A stretch of DNA of 32,791 bases from Bacteriovoracaceae bacterium (GTDB lineage: Bacteria; Bdellovibrionota; Bacteriovoracia; Bacteriovoracales; Bacteriovoracaceae), in assembly GCA_018649885.1 (NCBI GenBank), contig JABIHA010000082.1:1-32791 (forward strand), in the 5' to 3' direction. Positions 8,716 through 15,674 of this stretch are shown one piece after another (positions within the stretch are counted from its first letter, which is position 1; each line of letters starts with the position of its first letter). Under the pieces are notes generated by a model. That model did not search any database. It saw only the letters and a program-made list of their open reading frames with translations, and had not been told where the DNA came from. Position numbers and translations under genes: made by a program.

Positions 8716-9019
8716 AGATACTACTTTCAAATAATCTCTAGAACTAAAGTTCACCTAAATAAGTTTTAGCATAGCTTGGCGATTATAAGAAATAAGTTTT
8801 TAAAATCTCGACAGAACTACAACTTTTGAAATAATTCCAAAAAAATAAAAAAATTAGATTTTTTCTGAAAAAGCGGCTACTTTCATACCGTGATTTGTCT
8901 TTTTTGATAAAAAATGTGTAGACTTGGATTTTCTACCCCTAAACGGGTAGAGGACATTTTCCATACTCGCATAATTATGGCAATGTTTAGATCTTACATA
9001 GTGTGATAGGGCTTTTTAT

Positions 9020-9907
9020 TTGCAAACAATTCTAACAAAACCAAGTATTGATTTAATCAATGATAGCGTCAAGGAGAAAGCCGAGAGCTATCTTGGAAAA
9101 ATCTATGGAGAAGAGCTTCTCTCTGGAATGGGAGCTGGTAGGGCATTCAAGGTTAACATTGGAGAGAAGCCAATTGTCATAAAGCATTCTCCTGATAAGA
9201 CTGAGAGACTTTTTTATGAAAATTTATCTCAAACTGTAAATGCTGCAGGCATTAAAACTCCTAAACTCATAGGCTCTGGAAATGCTGATAAACTTAGTTG
9301 GATTGCGATAGAATACATACCTCAAATGCTTCAGCCTGCAAGATGGAGAGATGATGAGGAAGTAATTAAAAAATTAGCGAGACTACATACGATAAAAATA
9401 GATGAATCATTTCTCTCAGCAAATTCAGGCAAACATAACTGGAGTGAGTCTAGGAATGATATTGCAATTCAATTATGGCCTGACAAAGACAGATCTTGGA
9501 TATTAAAACTTCTAGAAAACATTCGAGACGAGTATTTGCAAAATTTCGAAAAAAATCATTTTGTTTCTGGCGATCCTAATGGAAAAAACTGGGGATTAGA
9601 TAAGAGTGGAGAGCTTGTTCTTTTCGATTGGGAGAGAGTTGGATATAGTGACCCCGCAACAGACTTAATGGCCGTGGCATTCGGACAGCCTGATCAGAAA
9701 ATTTTTGATAATATAGCAAAATTATATTTAAAGCATTCGAGCTGTCTACTTTCTATCAAGGAACTTTCCAGAAAAATCCAAGTTGGTAGAGCACACATTA
9801 TTATCTCGATAGTTAAAGACTATTTTCAAAATGAAAATTATCTTGATAAAGATGTCGTTAAATATCTTCAAAAAGAGTTTCCAAAGTGGCTTAAAGAAAC
9901 ATTTTAA
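9020..9907 (+). CDS. APH/choline-kinase-like phosphotransferase
   Basis: IVIK, E in the helix C region, IAIEYIP hinge, LARLH, Brenner-type SGDPNGKN and LFDWE, followed by DPATDL. The TTG start is uncertain. Confidence 0.8.
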   Translation: MQTILTKPSIDLINDSVKEKAESYLGKIYGEELLSGMGAGRAFKVNIGEKPIVIKHSPDKTERLFYENLSQTVNAAGIKTPKLIGSGNADKLSWIAIEYIPQMLQPARWRDDEEVIKKLARLHTIKIDESFLSANSGKHNWSESRNDIAIQLWPDKDRSWILKLLENIRDEYLQNFEKNHFVSGDPNGKNWGLDKSGELVLFDWERVGYSDPATDLMAVAFGQPDQKIFDNIAKLYLKHSSCLLSIKELSRKIQVGRAHIIISIVKDYFQNENYLDKDVVKYLQKEFPKWLKETF

Positions 9908-9976
9908 TTCTTTTAAAAGAACTAGCTTTAAGTAACTGATCAAATTAAAACCTCAGTATGTAGGTATTAGCATTTT

Positions 9977-11341
9977 TTAATAGGTAATATTTTCGTCTGG
10001 GAATTTTTTCTTGGCATCGTCGAGGACTCTTTGAATTTGGTTTTCTCCGAGCTTCATTTTTCCTGCAACCTCTAGAAAAATGCGATGGCAGCGGCTACCA
10101 TTGGTTTGCGCATTAATAATATTTTGCCCAATTTTCAAAATATTATCATAGTCTTCGCTATGATAATAAATCTCCATTTGAATTTGTAAGAAAACTGATT
10201 TTGGCATTTTTATTCCAGAGTTTTTTTCCAAAATGGTGATGGCCTTTTTTTGATGGCCATTGGACGCTAAAACAATACATCCCTCTTCGAGAATCTGAGG
10301 TCTATCTGGAGCCAAAGCAAAGCAATTTCTGATAGATTTTAATGCTGGTTTTTCACAACCCCCTTCAAATAAGTACTTCGCACATATGATAAGTCCAGCT
10401 GCTAAGATATTGTTATTTTCTTGAGAGACGGATCTAAGGGTTGGTATTATTTCAGTTAGTTCTTCGATGTCATCTTGTTTATGGTTGGCCAGTGCAAGCA
10501 AGATTGTCTGCCTTACAAATTTAGGTCTTATGGGAAAAGTATCAATAAACTTTTTGTTGATTTCATAGGATTCTTTGAACTTCTTTTGATCCATCAAAAG
10601 TTTTGAATACGCTGCTAAACACATGTAATTTTCATCAGAGTGTTTGTAAGAGTCAGCGAAGTATTCTAGTGCTTTGTCGACATCACCTTTTTTTAGCGAG
10701 ATTTTTCCAAGAAAATATAATGCCATGGATTGGAGCTCGTCCATTTGGCATGCGCTTTCAAAAAGATTGTAGGCTTCAATATAATCTTCCAAGATAAATT
10801 TTTCTCTGGCTGCATTAAAAATTCGGTCTGGCTTTGAAGGTGAAGACTTTGCTTCTAATCTTTCAATAATTGTATTATTCAATGTTTGAGAGGTGAACGG
10901 TATGACGATGAATCCATCAATGAAATAATCTAGTTGCACAAGAGCTGCAGATAAACTTCCATCTTCCGATAAGAGAAAAAATGAAGCTTCAAGTCGATCA
11001 GATTTTAGCTTTTCATGAATTGTTAAAATTTCTTCAAAAGTTTGTCCATCGATATCATTACTGACAATCAAAATATCCGGAGCCTCTTTTTCTAACTCTT
11101 CTTTTAAATCTTGGTAGGACCCCGAACAAATTGATGTCATTTGAGTTGGTATCCCTAGCTCACTTAATGCTCTTGCTGCTGCTACTCTTACAGTACTATT
11201 TTTATGATAGACTAGAGCTCTTTTTGCCTTCATTTTCTCTAGCATTTTTTTTGATGGTGTTAATATTTTAAATATATTTTCATCAGTACCTTCACTTTGG
11301 GTTTTACTTTCAATTTGTTGAAGTTTTTTATTTTTACTCAT
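9977..11341 (-). CDS. Receiver-like domain plus TPR-repeat protein
   Basis: N-terminal alpha/beta pattern like CheY (ALVYH..., PDILIVS, FFLLS, GFIVIPFT..L), followed by TPR-like helices (ALYFLGKISLKKGDVDKALEYF). Confidence 0.65.
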   Translation of the reverse strand: MSKNKKLQQIESKTQSEGTDENIFKILTPSKKMLEKMKAKRALVYHKNSTVRVAAARALSELGIPTQMTSICSGSYQDLKEELEKEAPDILIVSNDIDGQTFEEILTIHEKLKSDRLEASFFLLSEDGSLSAALVQLDYFIDGFIVIPFTSQTLNNTIIERLEAKSSPSKPDRIFNAAREKFILEDYIEAYNLFESACQMDELQSMALYFLGKISLKKGDVDKALEYFADSYKHSDENYMCLAAYSKLLMDQKKFKESYEINKKFIDTFPIRPKFVRQTILLALANHKQDDIEELTEIIPTLRSVSQENNNILAAGLIICAKYLFEGGCEKPALKSIRNCFALAPDRPQILEEGCIVLASNGHQKKAITILEKNSGIKMPKSVFLQIQMEIYYHSEDYDNILKIGQNIINAQTNGSRCHRIFLEVAGKMKLGENQIQRVLDDAKKKFPDENITY

Positions 11342-11760
11342 AATTTCACTTTCAATTTGTTGAAGTTTGTTTGTTTTGAAATATAAGATTCAACAAGAGT
11401 CTCCCAATTTTGGACATCGTATTGGGTGTAATCTATTTCGACTGTAATCGTTTCTGCCGCGTCTTCATTGGGGGTGATGATTTTTATTCTACCCATGATC
11501 TCAAGGCCACCCTTGATTTTGCCAGGTAATGGAAATTGCTTAATCGCTTCTTTAAAAGGTAGCTTTATAAAACATAGAGTTACATTATGACTGACAACGC
11601 ATGAGTTCTTGGGGACGATAATTACAACGCCCTCTTTTTTTAATTCTACAAGTTGAACATCCTGTCTGCTTATCAGAAAGGTTCCCGATGAGTCGTTTCG
11701 TAATAACACAAAATGTCTGAGGTCACTCATTTTTTCGAATTTCATTCTCGGCCTTGGCAA
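11338..11760 (-). CDS. Hypothetical protein, possibly degenerate PilZ-like
   Basis: 140-aa ORF overlapping the downstream gene by 4 nt (ATGA). Beta-rich with a C-terminal helix. The start may be ATG 11745. Confidence 0.55.
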   Translation of the reverse strand: MPRPRMKFEKMSDLRHFVLLRNDSSGTFLISRQDVQLVELKKEGVVIIVPKNSCVVSHNVTLCFIKLPFKEAIKQFPLPGKIKGGLEIMGRIKIITPNEDAAETITVEIDYTQYDVQNWETLVESYISKQTNFNKLKVKL

Positions 11761-12070
11761 ATATTTAAAAAAATTTATGCAAGTGGATGTGATGTCTCTG
11801 TGCGTTGTAAAACTTTATGTGTGTGAATCTATAAATATACCGGAGTATGGGGTTTGAAGCTAATTTTTGAGATAGGGAAAATTGTTATTTTTTCTTGTTT
11901 TGGGGAAGCTCCCTGCGTTAAGGCTCTCTGCGTTAAGATATACTGTTGGGCTTGGGGCTTGGTTTTTGGCACTAAGGGGTACTAATGTGGTCGGTCGAAC
12001 ATCTGGGTGGGTTTAGGGTTTTTTCGGATTCTGGGTTTAGAGTAGTTAATTGTTTTACAGCTTGTTTCAC

Positions 12071-12136
12071 GGTGGACTGGGGAGTCCACCTCAGTCACAT
12101 ACCTCTATGCTTCAAAAATGCTCATCCGCATTTTTG
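12071..12136. other. Two stem-loops downstream of the tRNA repeat array
   Basis: GGTGGACT-GGGG-AGTCCACC (12071-12090) and CAAAAATGC-TCATCC-GCATTTTTG (12113-12136). Confidence 0.7.
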
Positions 12137-12153
12137 CCGCAAAAGGTGATCTC

Positions 12154-12348
12154 GCAGCAAGCGAAATACAGTTATGGAGCGGGCCAATGGAGCCGGAGGC
12201 GACCAATAAAACAACCTTCGCCAGCCATTGATTGAGCAGCAAGCGAAATACAGTTATGGAGCGGGCCAATGGAGCCGGAGGCGACCAATAAAACAACCTT
12301 CGCCAGCCATTGATTGAGCAGCAAGCGAAATACAGTTATGGAGCGGGC
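12154..12348 (-). repeat. tRNA-linked tandem repeat, 82-bp period, about 2.4 identical copies, duplicating the tRNA-Gly 3' end
   Basis: The 31-mer GCAGCAAGCGAAATACAGTTATGGAGCGGGC starts at 12154, 12236 and 12318. The two 51-bp intervening segments are identical. The last 10 nt of the third copy are the tRNA 3' end (GCCCGCTCCA on minus). Confidence 0.95.
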
Positions 12349-12413
12349 GAAGAGACTCGAACTCTCAACATCCACCATGGCAAGGTGGCACTCTACCATT
12401 GAGCTACGCCCGC
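12339..12413 (-). tRNA. tRNA-Gly (GCC)
   Basis: Minus strand GCGGGCGTAGCTCAATGGTAGAGTGCCACCTTGCCATGGTGGATGTTGAGAGTTCGAGTCTCTTCGCCCGCTCCA. Acceptor stem GCGGGCG/CGCCCGC, anticodon arm CCACC-TTGCCAT-GGTGG, T-loop TTCGAGT, U73 and encoded CCA. Confidence 0.98.
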
Positions 12414-12430
12414 GTTTTCATAGGTTTTGG

Positions 12431-12460
12431 AGAATAAAACCTTGGCCTACACTCTGTCAA
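12431..12460 (-). promoter_or_regulatory. Sigma70-like promoter of tRNA-Gly
   Basis: Minus strand TTGACA (12460-12455), 18-nt spacer, TATTCT (12436-12431), ending 17 nt before the tRNA. Confidence 0.7.
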
Positions 12461-12511
12461 CGTGTCATCTTCATAATAAATGAAAGAAGTTTTTTAATGG
12501 GTATTATCTCA

Positions 12512-13381
12512 ATGCGAAAGAGTATAGCATTATCTGCGCTTTTAATTTTGGTGGCTGCATGTTCCACCACTAAAGATGACTCAAGGCCTGTGGTTAAATA
12601 CACCAGCAGCTCAAAAGAGTTTTCTAAAGCTCAGACGCCAGCCGAGTTGTATCCCCTATATCATCAGGCCATGAAAAGGCTTGCTAGAAGAAAACTATCA
12701 AAAGATAAAAAAGCATACTTTTCACTTCGAGAGATTGTTAGTTTCTATTTAAAGTCTACTATTTGGGGAAGTGTGGAAGAGGATAGGTATATATCTCTTC
12801 AAAAAGTTGATTACCGTCCCATCTTTTTGATTATTTTCCCGACTGAGCATCCCTATGTGGCCTCACCTGCTCCATTTATTACAACTGATTACTCTTCTGG
12901 ACAGCCAATCATTCACCTTAAGCCCTTTTCTGTTACTCCCAATTGGGGAGCACTTTTTTTGATTCATGAGCTCTCTCATTTGATGGATAATTTTTTTGAA
13001 AAAGATGGTGGAGAGTTATGGCATCTGGCTGAAATTAGGGCCTACGACTTGTCTATGGAAGTGGCCGAAAAATTTACTAAAGGGGAGTATCGCATACAAC
13101 TTGATGCTTTTTTAAAAAGAGATAAAAGCCTTAGTGCTGAGCAATTTTTTACTCTGATTTTTGAGCGCTTCCCAGACCTAGAAAGAGAGCTTGAGGGAAT
13201 TATTTCTCACCATCACCCCGCAAGTAGGCAAGAGAAGTTTCAGAGGAGGACCTTTTATTTGGCCAGCTATGGTCTTCGTTTTTTAGAAAAAAGTGAGCTT
13301 AAAGGTGAAGAGCTTGGGAAGTGGAAACAAGTATTAATTGAGCTTATTCACGGCGCTGATGAGGCAAAGAGAGTGCACTAG
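12512..13381 (+). CDS. Putative lipoprotein with HExxH zincin motif
   Basis: MRKSIALSALLILVAAC lipobox. FLIHELSHLMD and a downstream LAEIRAY glutamate. The longer track ORF (12314) overlaps the tRNA, so the start was moved. Confidence 0.7.
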   Translation: MRKSIALSALLILVAACSTTKDDSRPVVKYTSSSKEFSKAQTPAELYPLYHQAMKRLARRKLSKDKKAYFSLREIVSFYLKSTIWGSVEEDRYISLQKVDYRPIFLIIFPTEHPYVASPAPFITTDYSSGQPIIHLKPFSVTPNWGALFLIHELSHLMDNFFEKDGGELWHLAEIRAYDLSMEVAEKFTKGEYRIQLDAFLKRDKSLSAEQFFTLIFERFPDLERELEGIISHHHPASRQEKFQRRTFYLASYGLRFLEKSELKGEELGKWKQVLIELIHGADEAKRVH

Positions 13382-14424
13382 GATTCGGTGTGTGACTCTT
13401 TTGTGCCACTTAGACCCAGCAGCTTTCCACTAAATTCAAAATTCTCTGCATTAAAAATAGGTAGTTTTCCTCTGCCTGAAGGCTGGTCAATAACGTACTG
13501 AGGGATCATCCATCCGCTTAACATACTTCTCAGTTTTAAATAAATTTTTCTTCCCTGTTCAATGGGAAGATAGAAGTGAAGGCCACCGCTTACACGGTCG
13601 GGGTGATGAAGATAATAAGGTTTAATGCGATTCATTGATAATGTTTTAAAAAGAAGTGCAAGATCCTCGGGGTAAGTATTTACTCCATTTAATAGGACTG
13701 TTTGGGAGAGTAGTTCTACCCCCTGCCTATTAAAAGCTCTTAAATTTTCTAAAAGAGTCTGATCAATTTCACTGGCATGATTAATATGGAGAACCAAATT
13801 AATGTGGAAGCGTCCCTGAAATTTTTCTAATACGCTTGCTAGTGAGAGATTTAGTCTCGATGGCAAAATGACCGGTGTTCTGGTGTGAAAGCGAATAAAT
13901 TTAATATTGGGTAGGGTTGCGAACTGTTCTAGATAAAACTGGATTTTGCTGTCTGAAAGAACGAGTGGGTCTCCTCCTGAGAATATAATTTCTTCAACTT
14001 CAACATGCTCTTTTAAGTATTCCAGACATAGCTCAAACTCACTTTTGCTTAAGGACTTTGGTGTATCGATTACATTTCTTCTAAAGCAGTAGCGACAGTG
14101 CACGGGACAGCTGTGTGTTGGTAAAAATAAAACCCTATTGTGATAGCGGTGGATTAAACAATTTGTCTTCTTAAAATCACTATCCCCAATGGGATCCAAA
14201 CTGCCACTTTCTTGAAAGTGCTCACTTTCAATGTCTTGCGGGATGAATTGTTTCCAAAGGGCACTACTTGGGCCCAGGTCTTGTATTTTTTTTGCTAGTG
14301 GTAATGGTATTAGTGCTGAGAAAGAGTTGGGTGCTTTAATCGTGAGATTTGTGCCGAAAAATAGATTGATGTCTGCAATGGATCTAAGAGAATTTCCCAA
14401 TTCTTTTTGCCAACTATGATCCAC
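13378..14424 (-). CDS. KamA-family radical SAM aminomutase (lysine 2,3-aminomutase/EpmB-like)
   Basis: LIHRYHNRVL, CPVHCRYCFRR, IFSGGDPL, IRFHTR, HINH, QTVLLNGVN, PYYLH and the PSGRGK PLP-lysine motif. Confidence 0.92.
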   Translation of the reverse strand: MDHSWQKELGNSLRSIADINLFFGTNLTIKAPNSFSALIPLPLAKKIQDLGPSSALWKQFIPQDIESEHFQESGSLDPIGDSDFKKTNCLIHRYHNRVLFLPTHSCPVHCRYCFRRNVIDTPKSLSKSEFELCLEYLKEHVEVEEIIFSGGDPLVLSDSKIQFYLEQFATLPNIKFIRFHTRTPVILPSRLNLSLASVLEKFQGRFHINLVLHINHASEIDQTLLENLRAFNRQGVELLSQTVLLNGVNTYPEDLALLFKTLSMNRIKPYYLHHPDRVSGGLHFYLPIEQGRKIYLKLRSMLSGWMIPQYVIDQPSGRGKLPIFNAENFEFSGKLLGLSGTKESHTES

Positions 14425-14650
14425 TTAAGCCTTGCTCTTTAATGTGCCTATTTTTAACAATAGTGCTAGTTCCAGCGATCAAAAGACCACCAGTTACACC
14501 AACTCCTACAAAATGAAGTAACAAGCTTTGAGTTTGGAGAGTTCCACCTTCTTGCAGTATAAATAAAAGCCATCTCAGATGGAGAAGGTGAAGAAGTACG
14601 ATAATGAGTTTTTCAATTCTTTTAAACCAAACTGAATGGTAAAAACTCAT
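14414..14650 (-). CDS. Small two-TM membrane protein
   Basis: ATG 14650 overlaps the exonuclease stop (ATGA). Two hydrophobic stretches. Its end overlaps the kamA start. Confidence 0.65.
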   Translation of the reverse strand: MSFYHSVWFKRIEKLIIVLLHLLHLRWLLFILQEGGTLQTQSLLLHFVGVGVTGGLLIAGTSTIVKNRHIKEQGLSGS

Positions 14651-15585
14651 GTTAATCCCTTTTTCAATTGATGAGCTGACAGCTTTGCTAGCCAAATATC
14701 AATTTGTTCTTCACTAGGCTCTTTAAAATGCCTTATTTTTTTTAATGAGAAGTTTTTATAATGAAAACTTAGAAGGCACAAGGCATTGAGTACAGGGCCT
14801 CCTGGCAGGGGCATGAAGCTTAGTGGGCGAATCGGTCTGTACTGATTTCGAATTGTTCCACCCAAGTATTCAATTTCAACAACTTGCTGAGTTTCAACTT
14901 TTGGTTTGAGGCCTAGTAGTGACTTCGGTATCTCAAATGAGGCATTTTTATGAAAAGATTTAAGATTAAAAATTAAGGCCTTATTTTTCAAAACTTTTTG
15001 TGCAGAGGATCTATCTTGAACATGCAACAGGGATTTTGCAAAAACTCTCATACAGGCCACTGCATCATCCAAGGCCCGGTGATGGGAAAGCAGTGGGATA
15101 TTAAAATGCTTAACTAGAGTTGAGAGCTTATTATTTTCTGGTTTTCCGGCACCTGATAATCCGTGACGCGAGAAGGCAAGAGAGTCTAAAATATTGACCT
15201 TGGGAACGTTGAAATTATTTTTGAGTGCGAAATAGACAATAAAGCCTAAATCAAACTTTGCATTGTGGGCCACCATGTCTGTATCTCCCCAAAATTTTAA
15301 AAACTCAGGAAAAATCTCTTTCAATTTTGGTGCTCCACTAACCATGGAATCTTCTATGCCATGGATTTTAGTGGTGAGTTCTGGAATTGGGATTTCTGGG
15401 TCCACAAGGGATGAATAGCTCGTCAATTTTCCATCTGGACTGAGCTTTACAGCGGCTATTTCGATGATTTTGTCTATCAGCGGGGAAAGTCCTGTCGTCT
15501 CTAAGTCGACGGCAACAAGCCCCTGAGGGAAAAACTGGAGCAGCGTATTAATTTCGCTCTTCTCCATAACTAGCATTTTATCCAT
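14647..15585 (-). CDS. DEDDh 3'-5' exonuclease (DnaQ/PolC-like) fused to a C-terminal WYL-like domain
   Basis: ExoI VDLETTG, ExoII VAHNAKFD and ExoIII HRALDDA. The C-terminal VEIEY...RPIRPL...LNALC...NFSLKKI follows the WYL pattern. Confidence 0.88.
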   Translation of the reverse strand: MDKMLVMEKSEINTLLQFFPQGLVAVDLETTGLSPLIDKIIEIAAVKLSPDGKLTSYSSLVDPEIPIPELTTKIHGIEDSMVSGAPKLKEIFPEFLKFWGDTDMVAHNAKFDLGFIVYFALKNNFNVPKVNILDSLAFSRHGLSGAGKPENNKLSTLVKHFNIPLLSHHRALDDAVACMRVFAKSLLHVQDRSSAQKVLKNKALIFNLKSFHKNASFEIPKSLLGLKPKVETQQVVEIEYLGGTIRNQYRPIRPLSFMPLPGGPVLNALCLLSFHYKNFSLKKIRHFKEPSEEQIDIWLAKLSAHQLKKGLT

Positions 15586-15674
15586 GGTGGATACCTATCA
15601 CTAACACCTTAACAAAGGAAGGTTTTTAGCATAAGGTACTGAATCTTCTAAGGTGGATATTTCAAGGTGACTTC

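Noticed and set aside
8960..9015. Purine riboswitch suggested by CATAAT-TATGG
   Set aside because: No correctly ordered TTTCTACC...CCGTAAA core and no P1-P3 pairing.
12154..12348. CRISPR array (three 31-bp repeats with 51-bp spacers)
   Set aside because: The two spacers are identical, the repeat overlaps the tRNA 3' end and no cas genes are present. It is a tandem repeat.
12050..12496. ORFs 12050-12235, 12105-12296, 12172-12399 and the N-terminal extension of 12314-13381
   Set aside because: They overlap the tRNA and repeat array. The lipoprotein signal places the real start near 12512.
14647..15585. Gene symbol dnaQ or polC
   Set aside because: Only the exonuclease domain matches. The extra WYL-like domain argues against assigning the replicative subunit.
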